Shown here: positions 42,018 to 51,640 of the stretch, in pieces | How the letters are laid out: every line of letters begins with the position of its first letter | Position numbering within the stretch: the stretch's first letter is position 1 | Origin: an uncultured bacterium | Lineage (GTDB): Bacteria > Acidobacteriota > HRBIN11 > JAKEFK01 | Assembly: GCA_963771165.1 (NCBI GenBank) | Contig: CAVYSN010000001.1 | Location: forward strand, 62,980 to 126,979 | Length of the DNA: 64,000 nt | Direction: 5' to 3' | Program-made: the position numbers and the translations under genes | The notes under the pieces: model-generated | Told to the model about the DNA's origin: nothing | What the model saw: the letters and a program-made list of their open reading frames with translations, nothing else | Databases searched by the model: none

Positions 42018-42326
42018 TTGGCGCGTGTTCGTCCCCCCGAAGAAGAACGATTGATCCATGCTGTTGTCGTTCTGAACGCAAAAATTCTGGGATTGATTCT
42101 TGGAATCATTTTCGGACTCATCATTTTTATCGCAACCAATTGGCTTGTATTGAAAGGCGGCGCCGTTGTGGGGCCTCACCTTCAGCTTCTCGCTCAATTC
42201 TTTATTGGATACAGAGTTTCCTTTTGGGGTAGTATCATCGGATTTTTTTGGGGCTTCGCTGTTGGTAGTCTCTGTGGCACGACGATCGGATGGATTTATA
42301 ACCGACTCGTGGAGCTCCGCAATTGA
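42018..42326 (+). CDS. Small membrane protein paralogous to the C-terminal domain of the upstream oxidoreductase
   Basis: LAQFFIGYRVSFWGSIIGFFWGFAVG (here) against LGQYFLGYSLSIKGAFIGFGYSFFWGFFFG (upstream). Confidence 0.5.
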   Translation: MARVRPPEEERLIHAVVVLNAKILGLILGIIFGLIIFIATNWLVLKGGAVVGPHLQLLAQFFIGYRVSFWGSIIGFFWGFAVGSLCGTTIGWIYNRLVELRN

Positions 42327-42360
42327 TTCACCACGGAGGGACGGAGGTCGTGAGGAAAAG

Positions 42361-42463
42361 GGGATATGGGGATAATTGAGATGAGGAGATTGTTTCCCGT
42401 TAAAAATTAAATGAGCTTATCTCCTTCTCACTATCATCTCTGCATCCCCTTTTTTACACGAGC
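42361..42463. repeat. Intergenic repeat family C, copy 2
   Basis: GAGGAGAT-N27-ATCTCCT, then ATCTC repeats and CCCCTTTTTTACACGAG, matching 29361..29447. Confidence 0.55.
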
Positions 42464-42505
42464 CTTAGCTTCTGCTGTCTTGCGGCCTTACCGTTTTACG
42501 AGTCT

Positions 42506-43681
42506 GTGGTTATGAAAATCGGGGTGGATGCGAGTTGCTGGTCCAATCGCCGCGGATTCGGACGTTTTACGCGGGAATTATTGACGGCTCTGGCCAGGAT
42601 TGACGATCGAAACCAATTTTGGTTCTTCCTCGATCAACAAACCGCAAGGGAAAATCAACTTCCGCAAAATGTTCACGCCATTGAGGTCCAAACGCGAATT
42701 CCACCAATCGAAGCGGCCTCGGCTTCCGGTCGAAGATCGCTTTCGGATGTTTGGAAGATGATTGACGCGGTGGGAAAACAGACTCTGGATCTGTTCTTTT
42801 TCCCTGCGATTTATTCATACTTTCCAATTCGTAATCGCGCAAAAATAGCAGTTACGATTCATGACATGACTCCTGCCCGTTTTGCCAGCTCGATCTTTCC
42901 AAACAAGAAATTAGAATTGTTTTGGAACTTGAAGGAAAAATTCGCTTTATGGCAAGCGGACAGGATCGTAACGGTTTCCGAGTATTCCAAAAAACAAATC
43001 ATGGAATATCGCCGAGTGGCGGCAACGCGAATCAGTGTTATTTCTGAGGCCCCCGGTGAAGAGTTTCGCACTCTTCCACACGATCGAAAGCGAACCGAAG
43101 TTTTATCGAAATTTGGAATCAAGCTATCGGATCACTATTTGCTGTATGTCGGTGGCATCAGCCCGCACAAAAATTTGCAATTCCTTGCCGGAGTATTCAA
43201 AACTCTTACACAAATGGGCCCATTTTCGGATTACAAACTGATATTTGCCGGCGATTTTGAAAAAGATTCTTTCTATTCCGATTATGCGGCGCTTCAGAAA
43301 ATTCTCGAACAGATGCAACTCTTGAATAGAGTAATCTTTACTGGCTATGTTGACGATTCCGTTCTTGCCCATCTGTACAATTCCGCCGCATTGTTCATAT
43401 TTCCTTCGTTGCAAGAGGGATTCGGTTTGCCTGCAGTCGAGGCGATGGCTTGCGGAACTCCGATTGTTGCAAGCAACGCAGGTTCTCTGCCTGAAATCAT
43501 TCATGATGCGGGTGAATATTTCGATCCGGCGGATGCGGACATGGCGCTTGAGGTGACCCGCCGTGTGTTGCTGGATGAAGGGTTGCGACAGGAGATGCGC
43601 AGGAAAGGTTTGGAGCGGGCACGGCTCTTCAGCTGGAACCGCGCCGCGCAGCAAACTCTCGACGTTTTTGATAGCATGTAG
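42506..43681 (+). CDS. Glycosyltransferase family 4
   Basis: GT-B C-terminus EGFGLPAVEAMACGTPIVASNAGSLPEII. Confidence 0.8.
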   Translation: MVMKIGVDASCWSNRRGFGRFTRELLTALARIDDRNQFWFFLDQQTARENQLPQNVHAIEVQTRIPPIEAASASGRRSLSDVWKMIDAVGKQTLDLFFFPAIYSYFPIRNRAKIAVTIHDMTPARFASSIFPNKKLELFWNLKEKFALWQADRIVTVSEYSKKQIMEYRRVAATRISVISEAPGEEFRTLPHDRKRTEVLSKFGIKLSDHYLLYVGGISPHKNLQFLAGVFKTLTQMGPFSDYKLIFAGDFEKDSFYSDYAALQKILEQMQLLNRVIFTGYVDDSVLAHLYNSAALFIFPSLQEGFGLPAVEAMACGTPIVASNAGSLPEIIHDAGEYFDPADADMALEVTRRVLLDEGLRQEMRRKGLERARLFSWNRAAQQTLDVFDSM

Positions 43682-43711
43682 GGCGGGTCTCAGACCGGCG
43701 TCTACAAAAAA

Positions 43712-44938
43712 ATGCGATTTTGCATGCTCACAACCTTTTATCCCCCTTACAGTTTTGGCGGGGACGCGATTTACATTTACAGACTAGCAAATGAGCTTGC
43801 GCGAAGAGGACATTCCATCGATATCATTCACGATGCTGATTCGTTCCAGCTCCTTCAGACAGAAGGGCTGAAAGGAGATTTCCCGAATCATCCGAACGTC
43901 ACAATCCATCCGCTGAAAAGTTCGGCAGGGTTTCTTTCCCCTTTGTTAACGCAGCAAACTGGTGCTCCTTTTTTCAAGCAAAAGAGAATCCGCGAGATCG
44001 TGGAAGGCGGTCGCTACGATGTCATTCATTACCACAATATGTCTCTGATCGGAATCACCGCGCTTGCCTATGGTGAGGCAATCAAACTGTACACGACTCA
44101 TGAGCACTGGCTGGTTTGTCCGATGCATGTGCTATGGAAGTATGACCGCGAAGTTTGCACCAAAAAAAACTGTATTCCGTGTCAGCTTCATGGAAAACGG
44201 CCCCCTCAGTGGTGGCGCTACAGCGGACGTATGGAAAAAATGCTGCGTCACGTGGATATGTTTATCTCTCCCAGCCGGTTTACACTTCAGAAGCATCATG
44301 AAATGGGTCTGAATATACCAATGCTTCACATTCCTTATTTCCTCTCCGAATCAAAATCCGGATCGGAGATCGATGCAGAGTCTCCGCATTCGAGTCCTTA
44401 TTTCTTGTTTGTCGGAAGGCTCGAAAAAATCAAAGGATTGCAGAATCTGATCCCGATCTTTCGAAAGCACCCCGAATTCAATCTTCTCATTGCCGGTCAG
44501 GGAAACTATTCCCGGCAGCTCAAAGAGCTTGCTGCAGGCGCTGAAAATATTCAGTTTCTTGGAAAGCTGGGCCATTCAAGTCTTCGCCGCCATTACAAGC
44601 ATGCTACAGCCGTGATCGTTCCATCCATCTGTTACGAGGTTTTTGGAATCATCATCATTGAGGCATTTGAGATGAAAACTCCCGTTATCGTAAACAATCT
44701 TGGAGCTCTGCCTGAAGTTGTAGAAGATAGCGGCGGCGGGATCATTTACAATAATGAAGCGCAAATGGTGGCTGCGTTGAAGGAGCTTGCCGCAAATGAT
44801 CAAAAGCGTGATGAACTAGGACGTAAGGGGTATGATGCATTTTTACGATTTTGGAATGAAGAGAGTCACATGCGTCAATATTTACAGCTCATCGAAGAGC
44901 TTCAGAAAAAACGTTTCATGAAAGGGGTTGCCGTTTGA
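43712..44938 (+). CDS. Glycosyltransferase family 4
   Basis: YPPYSFGGDAIYIYRLANELARRGH ... EVFGIIIIEAFEMKTPVIVNNLGALPEVV. Confidence 0.8.
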   Translation: MRFCMLTTFYPPYSFGGDAIYIYRLANELARRGHSIDIIHDADSFQLLQTEGLKGDFPNHPNVTIHPLKSSAGFLSPLLTQQTGAPFFKQKRIREIVEGGRYDVIHYHNMSLIGITALAYGEAIKLYTTHEHWLVCPMHVLWKYDREVCTKKNCIPCQLHGKRPPQWWRYSGRMEKMLRHVDMFISPSRFTLQKHHEMGLNIPMLHIPYFLSESKSGSEIDAESPHSSPYFLFVGRLEKIKGLQNLIPIFRKHPEFNLLIAGQGNYSRQLKELAAGAENIQFLGKLGHSSLRRHYKHATAVIVPSICYEVFGIIIIEAFEMKTPVIVNNLGALPEVVEDSGGGIIYNNEAQMVAALKELAANDQKRDELGRKGYDAFLRFWNEESHMRQYLQLIEELQKKRFMKGVAV

Positions 44939-45909
44939 AAGCACTCATCACCGGTGGAGCGGGTTTTATCGGAAGTCATCTGGCAGAGATGTTAATGGGG
45001 ATGGGACATAGCGTCGATGTAATCGATGATTTGTCCACGGGTAATTTCCGGAACCTTTCCGGTTGTCAGGGGAGAGCTGAATTTCGATTCATTCATGGTT
45101 CTGTGATGGATGAAAGGCTTCTGCACATGCTGATTGATCGCAACGACATGGTTTACCACCTGGCGGCGGCCGTTGGAGTGGAACTTATTGTCAAACAGCC
45201 AGTGAAGACAATTGAAACAAACATCAAGGGAACGGAGTTGGTTTTGGAGATTGCCAAGAAATTCCGGAAGCGCGTTCTGCTTGCCAGTTCTTCGGAAGTT
45301 TACGGAAAAAGCGAAAGGGTTCCCTTTTCAGAAGATGATGATTGTGTTTTTGGCTCCACGACTTTCAGTCGTTGGAGTTATGCTTGTTCCAAAGCGATCG
45401 ATGAATTTTTGGGACTTGCTTATCATCGTCAGTTCGGGCTTCCAGTCTTGATTGTGCGCTTCTTTAATACAGTGGGTGAAAGACAGACAGGACAATATGG
45501 CATGGTGATTCCCCGTTTCGTAAAATCGGCGCTGGCCGGAGAACCGATGGAAGTGTACGGTGACGGTAAACAGACACGGTGTTTCGGGTACGTGAAGGAT
45601 GTGGTGAATGGGGCGATAGCGCTTGCGGAGGATGCATCCTCTTACGGCCATGTATACAACATCGGTTCATCGGAGGAAATTTCAATTGAGCTTCTTGCGA
45701 AAAGAATCAAAGAACTCACTGGGAGCAATTCTGAAATCCGATACATACCTTACGAGCAGGCTTACAGCCAGGCTTTTGATGATCTTCGGAGAAGAGTTCC
45801 TTCGCTGGAGAAAATTCAGAAACGAGTCGGATATCAGGCGAAGACATCTCTGGATCAGACCTTAAAGATCATTATCGAATGGATGCGCGAAGAGTATGAC
45901 GCCAAATGA
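44935..45909 (+). CDS. NAD-dependent sugar-nucleotide epimerase/dehydratase (UDP-glucuronate decarboxylase / GalE superfamily)
   Basis: ITGGAGFIGSHL Rossmann motif, YxxxK region. Confidence 0.8.
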   Translation: MKALITGGAGFIGSHLAEMLMGMGHSVDVIDDLSTGNFRNLSGCQGRAEFRFIHGSVMDERLLHMLIDRNDMVYHLAAAVGVELIVKQPVKTIETNIKGTELVLEIAKKFRKRVLLASSSEVYGKSERVPFSEDDDCVFGSTTFSRWSYACSKAIDEFLGLAYHRQFGLPVLIVRFFNTVGERQTGQYGMVIPRFVKSALAGEPMEVYGDGKQTRCFGYVKDVVNGAIALAEDASSYGHVYNIGSSEEISIELLAKRIKELTGSNSEIRYIPYEQAYSQAFDDLRRRVPSLEKIQKRVGYQAKTSLDQTLKIIIEWMREEYDAK

Positions 45910-46663
45910 AATCAGCGTCCCGATCCTTACGTATCATTCACTGGATTCCAGCGGCTCTGTGATCTCGACATCTCCGGAAAAATTTCGGGAACAAATGAAA
46001 GGCTTATCTCAGTCGAATACGCAGGTTATAACGCTTCGTGAGATCGCCTCCTGTTTGCGCGAACGGCGCAATTTGCCGTCTGATAGTGTTGCTTTGACCT
46101 TCGATGATGGTTTCCAGAGCGTCTATGACGTCGCGCTTCCGGTTCTGCAAGAATATGGTTTCCCGGCAACCGTATTTTTAGTTACGGATTTCTGCGGCAA
46201 AAATAACCAATGGTATGGCCAATCCGGCCGCATTCCGACATTCGATCTTCTTTCGTGGGATCAAATTCTAGAAATGGCGAAACGGAACGTGGAATTTGGC
46301 GTGCATTCAGCAACCCATCCCGACCTCACAAGAATCCCGAAGGGAAAAATCGCAGATGAAATTCTGGGTGCGCGCGACAAGATTCGCGAGAGATTGGGGC
46401 ACAGCGAAACAGCTTTTGCGTATCCGTACGGAAAATATTCGGATGAAGCCGGGAGGATTATTGAGTCCAACTTCTACGCCGCCTGCTCTACGGAAATGGA
46501 TTTTGCTTCCGCAGAGTCCAACTTACACTTCCTGCCGCGCATTGATATGTATTACTTTTCAAGCAATAACTTCCTTTCTACGATCGGTACGGCGTCTTTC
46601 AGAAGATTTGTTCATCTTCGCAAAATTCTGCGCGGGCTGAAGCGAATGATGATGGGCGACTGA
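45896..46663 (+). CDS. Polysaccharide deacetylase (CE4 family)
   Basis: VALTFDDGFQSVYDVALPVLQEYGFPATVFLV. Confidence 0.75.
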   Translation: MTPNEISVPILTYHSLDSSGSVISTSPEKFREQMKGLSQSNTQVITLREIASCLRERRNLPSDSVALTFDDGFQSVYDVALPVLQEYGFPATVFLVTDFCGKNNQWYGQSGRIPTFDLLSWDQILEMAKRNVEFGVHSATHPDLTRIPKGKIADEILGARDKIRERLGHSETAFAYPYGKYSDEAGRIIESNFYAACSTEMDFASAESNLHFLPRIDMYYFSSNNFLSTIGTASFRRFVHLRKILRGLKRMMMGD

Positions 46664-47230
46664 TTGATGCTCTTAAGGGTGCTGCTCTTCTCAGGTTTGG
46701 TGTTTCATAAGCTGGTATGGGAAATCTGGAAAAGGAAATATCCATCCGGTGCAAAATTCAAACCTTCCACTCTAGTCAAAAGAATCGTGAAACTTTGTAA
46801 AGTTGCTTTTCTGGTGTTCCTGCTGGTTCAGTCGCTCTTTCTGGATATTTTTCCGATCCACAATGCTCCGCCTTATTTGCGTTACCTTGGGGTTACGCTT
46901 TTTATCCTCGGTTTATGCATTTCCATCAGTGGACGAATTCGCCTCGGACAAAACTGGGCGGATCTGGAAGACCAGCGGGTCCTGCCGAAACAAGAGCTCG
47001 TTACTGTCGGCATTTATCATTACATCCGACATCCCATTTATCTGGGTGATGTTTTTTTGGTGACAGGATTCGAACTCGCGTTAAACTCCTGGCTCTTTTT
47101 GCTGGGATTCATGATCGCTATGGTTGTCATCCGCCAGGCGATCCTGGAAGAGAAGTTGTTGAAGAACGCATTTCCAGAATACGGCGAGTACTGCATGCGT
47201 ACGAAACGATTCCTTCCATTTATTGTTTAA
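46664..47230 (+). CDS. Isoprenylcysteine carboxyl methyltransferase-family membrane methyltransferase
   Basis: 4-5 TM helices plus RHPIYLG motif. Confidence 0.6.
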   Translation: MMLLRVLLFSGLVFHKLVWEIWKRKYPSGAKFKPSTLVKRIVKLCKVAFLVFLLVQSLFLDIFPIHNAPPYLRYLGVTLFILGLCISISGRIRLGQNWADLEDQRVLPKQELVTVGIYHYIRHPIYLGDVFLVTGFELALNSWLFLLGFMIAMVVIRQAILEEKLLKNAFPEYGEYCMRTKRFLPFIV

Positions 47231-47276
47231 CATAATTGTAGTGGCGGGTCTCAGACCCGCCATACGAATTTCTTAA

Positions 47277-48698
47277 ATGAATCGACCACACGTTGTGATC
47301 CTGGGTGCCGGGCCTGCGGGACTCGGCGCTGCATTTCACCTTGCAAGGCGCAAGTTTGCGGATGTTACGGTTCTGGAACAGAACGCCCATCCGGGTGGAA
47401 ATGCCGGCAGTTTTGAGATCGAAGGAATACGTGTTGATTTCGGAAGCCACCGCCTCCATCCCGCCTGTGATCCTGATGTCATGAATGACATTCGAAATTT
47501 GCTCGGTGATGATTTGCTCCTGCGGCCCCGCCACGGAAGAATTCGCATGCAAGGACGGTGGATTCATTTTCCCTTGCGTATGTTGGATCTGGCTCTTCGT
47601 CTTCCTCCCGGTTTTGTGATCGGGGTCTTTGGAGACCGGATTCGAAAGGTCTTCAACCGGAGCAACCCGAAGGTCCAATCCTTCGCCAGCGTATTAGAAT
47701 CCGGTCTGGGACGCACCATCTGCAGAGATTTCTATTTTCCGTACGCGCTGAAAATCTGGGGCGTCCCGCCTGAAGAACTTGCTGCTATTCAAGCGCACAG
47801 GCGGGTCTCTTCAGGTTCCCTGACGAAAATGTTTCGCAAGGTTCTTTCTGTTTTGCCGGGCCTCCGACCGCCAGGACATGGTTACTTTTTCTATCCCCGT
47901 CTGGGCTATGGCCAGATCTCTGAAGCATTTGAAGCCGCTGCTGTAAAAGAGGGAGCGCAGGTCCATTTTCGAGCTCGAGTCGAATCGGTGGAGCTTTCAA
48001 ATGGCAAAGTGACGGGGGTGCGTTTTCAGAAAGATGGATCTTTGCATGAATTGGAAGCGGGCCACGTATTTTCAACAATTCCGGTCAACGCGCTTGCGCG
48101 ATGTGTTTCGCCGCCTGCGCCGGCAGCAGTGTTGGATGCAGCCGCGCGTATACGTTTTCGCGGGATGATTCTTGTGTATTTATTGTTGGAACAGGATCAC
48201 TTTAGCGAATTTGACGCGCATTACTTTCCTGAACCGGATGTTGCCGTATCTAGAATCTCTGAGCCCAAAATCTTTTCCAACGGAGCCGGCACTCCGGGTG
48301 TCACTGTTCTTTGCGCCGAGCTTCCATGCGAAGTAAATGGTCCCTTCTGGACGAAGTCAGACGGAGAACTGAGCCAGCTGGTTTTGGATTCCTTAAGGAA
48401 TGCTGATATTCCGATCGACACAACGATCCTCAAAGTTCTGACTCGCCGCTTGCCGAATGCTTACCCAATCTACTATCAGGGCTATGAAGATTTCTTTCAA
48501 ACGGTGGATCGCTGGGCCAGTCAAATCGATGGGTTGCTGAATTTCGGCCGCCAGGGGCTTTTTGCTCATGACAATACACACCACGCACTGTTCATGGGCT
48601 ACGCTGCTTCGAAATGTCTGGGTGAAGATGGTCAATTGAACCTCACACGATGGGAAGAGTATCGCAAAATATTCGAAACTCACGTCGTTGAGGATTAA
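47277..48698 (+). CDS. FAD-dependent oxidoreductase, paralog of the 40173..42007 enzyme
   Basis: VVILGAGPAGLGAAFHL. Shares the GSHRLHP, YFFYP and AYPIYYQGY motifs with the other copy. Confidence 0.65.
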   Translation: MNRPHVVILGAGPAGLGAAFHLARRKFADVTVLEQNAHPGGNAGSFEIEGIRVDFGSHRLHPACDPDVMNDIRNLLGDDLLLRPRHGRIRMQGRWIHFPLRMLDLALRLPPGFVIGVFGDRIRKVFNRSNPKVQSFASVLESGLGRTICRDFYFPYALKIWGVPPEELAAIQAHRRVSSGSLTKMFRKVLSVLPGLRPPGHGYFFYPRLGYGQISEAFEAAAVKEGAQVHFRARVESVELSNGKVTGVRFQKDGSLHELEAGHVFSTIPVNALARCVSPPAPAAVLDAAARIRFRGMILVYLLLEQDHFSEFDAHYFPEPDVAVSRISEPKIFSNGAGTPGVTVLCAELPCEVNGPFWTKSDGELSQLVLDSLRNADIPIDTTILKVLTRRLPNAYPIYYQGYEDFFQTVDRWASQIDGLLNFGRQGLFAHDNTHHALFMGYAASKCLGEDGQLNLTRWEEYRKIFETHVVED

Positions 48699-48714
48699 TG
48701 TATATGAGCAAGAA

Positions 48715-50253
48715 TTACCTTCGACGCCAGATCACATAAAGAATGAAGGCGGCCAGCGCAAACAATGGCAGAGGGGAAGGTCCGTAAGGGAAATATTCCT
48801 TCATGGACTCCATTCGACTGAGAGTCGTAAGCACCGGCAACTGAAATCCTCCTGAAAAAACGCGGATCACCGGCTCCAGAATTCCTGAACCGCGTTCCAC
48901 ATCCCTGTACATCGCCATGCACCAGGCGAGCGTGTACGACATTAGAATCAGGCTTTGCCGGATGAAAGGAGTCAGCGCCATCAACACAACCGATACTGGA
49001 ACAAACAACAACGGAATCAGAACAACCAGATATCGAATACCCGTATTGAATTGAAAATTCGTGTAATTAACTCCGCCAAAAAAGAGCCAGAGGGCAACAC
49101 AGACCAAGAACAGGAAGCGGAGCTCCAAGCGAGGCAGTTTTGGGTCACGGATCCAGAATGAAAAGAAAGCGAGTAGCAAAAGAGGGCAGCTCAGGAACAA
49201 TCCGTAGCGATAGTCTGACAGAAGAGACCACATCAGATCGGTTCTCGGGAAAACGAAACCGCGGAATCCGGTCTCTACCCATTGATTGATCGCAGGCATG
49301 TGATACTGGGGCGGATGAAAGGGATCGCCAAAACTTTTCCATTGATAAAACCAGAGCAATGCCAGCGGAATGAGGGCGCCGGCTGCAAATCGCACGGAGT
49401 GCGCAGCCCGATTTTCACGGTACTTGATCAGACCGTAAAGCCATAGCAATGCAAGCGGAATTACGCCACTGTAATCCAGAAGAACGCAGAATCCGCCGGC
49501 CAGACCTGCCAGCATGAAACGCGCACCTATGTTTGATGACGGCAGGCGAACGCCGCTATTCCACAACAAAACAAAACCGGCAAACAGAATGTGCGCTGTC
49601 ATCAAGTTCTGATTGAGGTATCCCGTGCGATAAAAAATTGGCGTGCCGAAGCCGTAAAGAATCGATAACCAGAGTGCGGTCCGGTTCGATCCAAAGATCC
49701 TTCGCAACACAAAAAACATCAGTACCACACCGGCGGCGGAGAATGGAGCCATGCAAAAGATTTGCATGACAAGCGCGGCCAACCCCAGTTTCACATCCAA
49801 TCCCCGGCGCCAGGCTTCCTCATAAAAATCGCGTGCAAGCGGCCATGGGGAATCATATTTAGGAGGATTCACCGTGCCGGATCGGTTGCGCGTTTCCATC
49901 ACGTGATTCACAACCCTGTCAATCCATGATCGATTCAATAGATAAGGAACGGATCCAATCATGGAAGCGCCGGGATTATTGTTGATGTGCCACCCATGGC
50001 CGGGTTTTTCAAACAGATCCGGGTGGAGCCCGGCATATTCATCGATGCGGAAGGTGTAATGGTCGCCGATCGAAACGGCAAGGTAAATTTCACGCACGAT
50101 GTTGGTGGAGAAATGCAAAGCATACAGAAACCAGCAACTCAGAAATAAACGGACTGCAGTTCCACGGGTCGTGTAGCGCCATGCTTCGGGCTCGATTGGC
50201 ATGATGCTAGTGTAGCCCCGGAGGGCCGCCGGCAAAAGTAGGCCGCGGCTCAT
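48715..50253 (-). CDS. Polytopic membrane protein, putative GT-C-type glycosyltransferase
   Basis: More than 10 predicted TM helices; sits in the glycan locus. An internal start MPIEPEAW is possible. Confidence 0.4.
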   Translation of the reverse strand: MSRGLLLPAALRGYTSIMPIEPEAWRYTTRGTAVRLFLSCWFLYALHFSTNIVREIYLAVSIGDHYTFRIDEYAGLHPDLFEKPGHGWHINNNPGASMIGSVPYLLNRSWIDRVVNHVMETRNRSGTVNPPKYDSPWPLARDFYEEAWRRGLDVKLGLAALVMQIFCMAPFSAAGVVLMFFVLRRIFGSNRTALWLSILYGFGTPIFYRTGYLNQNLMTAHILFAGFVLLWNSGVRLPSSNIGARFMLAGLAGGFCVLLDYSGVIPLALLWLYGLIKYRENRAAHSVRFAAGALIPLALLWFYQWKSFGDPFHPPQYHMPAINQWVETGFRGFVFPRTDLMWSLLSDYRYGLFLSCPLLLLAFFSFWIRDPKLPRLELRFLFLVCVALWLFFGGVNYTNFQFNTGIRYLVVLIPLLFVPVSVVLMALTPFIRQSLILMSYTLAWCMAMYRDVERGSGILEPVIRVFSGGFQLPVLTTLSRMESMKEYFPYGPSPLPLFALAAFILYVIWRRR

Positions 50254-50270
50254 CGCGCCAGAGTCCTCTC

Positions 50271-50639
50271 TTGACTTTTATTTTAGTATTTACTAAAATA
50301 TTGACTATGGAAGTTTTTCAAGCCTTACAGACGCCGCGCAGGCGTGAGATTTTGAGACTGGTTTGGGATGAAGAGCTGTCGGCAGGCGAAATTTGCCGAC
50401 GTCAGAGAGATGTCACATTTGGCGCTGTTTCGCAGCATCTTCGCATACTGGAAGAAGCGGGCCTGGTCGGAAAACGGGAAGATGGAACTTACAGATACTA
50501 CATCGCAAAGAAGGAGACCTTAGGAGCGCTGCGAAAGTATCTGGAAGAGATGTGGGATGCATCTTTGTACCGGTTAAAGATCCGAGCCGAGATCGAAGAC
50601 GCGCGGAGAGGGCCACGATCAAAAAAGAGGAGAAAATGA
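50271..50639 (+). CDS. ArsR/SmtB-family transcriptional regulator
   Basis: wHTH LSAGEICRRQRDVTFGAVSQHLRILEEAGLV. Confidence 0.8.
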   Translation: MTFILVFTKILTMEVFQALQTPRRREILRLVWDEELSAGEICRRQRDVTFGAVSQHLRILEEAGLVGKREDGTYRYYIAKKETLGALRKYLEEMWDASLYRLKIRAEIEDARRGPRSKKRRK

Positions 50640-50640
50640 T

Positions 50641-51408
50641 ATGTCCAGGGAGCTGATTCATTCATTGGAAAGAACGATCGTCATTTGCGCAAAAAAATCG
50701 ACGGTCTTCCGTTTTTTTACGGATTCAAAGCGTTTTGCAGATTGGTGGGGCGAAGGTTCCACGATAGAAGGTCACGTGGGTGGGTCGTTACTTATTCGCT
50801 ATCCGAACGGAATTCTGGCCTCCGGTAAAGTTCTTGAAATGGAACCAGATAAACGAATCGTTTTTAGTTACGGCTATAACTCGGGCAAGCCGTTTCCTGC
50901 CGGCGAATCGCGAGTCACCATTACGGTGCAAAAGCACCCAGATGGTACTGAGTTATCGCTTCGACATGATTTGCCGGATTCTGCCGTACTAGATGAACAC
51001 ATCCAGGGTTGGCGCTATCAATTGGCCCTCTTTGCTAATGTTGCGTCGCGTTATCAGCATTTTGACGTGTCAGCAAAGGTCGATGCCTATTTTGATCTGT
51101 GGAACACGACGGATGCTGAGGCGCGTTTAACAAAGATGAACGGGCTGCTGGAACCTGAGATCACTTTCCATGACAAATTTAGCTGTACTCTGGGATGGGA
51201 GGATCTAAATGCGCATCTTTCGGCCTATCAATACTTCATGCCCGGAATGAGCCTTGCAAGGGAAGCTGAAGCGGAACAGTGTCAGGGTACCGTCCTGTCC
51301 AGATGGGTCGCAAACAAAAAGGATGGAACTCAAGCCGGGAAAGGATGGAACGTGTTTACGTTTTCTCCAGAAGGACGCATCCGTCACATCACCGGATTCT
51401 GGGAATAG
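50641..51408 (+). CDS. SRPBCC (AHSA1-like) tandem-domain protein
   Basis: Typical ArsR partner. Two Bet v1-like halves. Confidence 0.65.
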   Translation: MSRELIHSLERTIVICAKKSTVFRFFTDSKRFADWWGEGSTIEGHVGGSLLIRYPNGILASGKVLEMEPDKRIVFSYGYNSGKPFPAGESRVTITVQKHPDGTELSLRHDLPDSAVLDEHIQGWRYQLALFANVASRYQHFDVSAKVDAYFDLWNTTDAEARLTKMNGLLEPEITFHDKFSCTLGWEDLNAHLSAYQYFMPGMSLAREAEAEQCQGTVLSRWVANKKDGTQAGKGWNVFTFSPEGRIRHITGFWE

Positions 51409-51418
51409 TCCGGAAAAT

Positions 51419-51635
51419 TGCAGTGGCGAGAGCATTTTGCCGTCTAATTGAAAATGGCTGGCATCTTTCAGATGGATAACCATTTGTTATTATGAGCCTT
51501 TCCTGTAAGGCAAATGCTCTGTTTCCTGCCTCTCAGCAGAGCCTTTCCAAATGCAAAGAAATCCGGCGACAGTTGATAGGCTGTTGACGGAAAAGTTCAT
51601 ATTAAGGGGAGCGGGAAATGTTCTGCCACTGCAGC
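51419..51635. repeat. MITE-like element R3 (GCAGAGCATTT-box family)
   Basis: Left end TGCAGTGGCGAGAGCATTTTGCC, right end GAAATGTTCTGCCACTGCAG. Internal boxes GCAAATGCTCTG (inverted) and CAGCAGAGCCTTTCC (direct). Packed between two convergent genes. Confidence 0.7.
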
Positions 51636-51640
51636 CTGCA

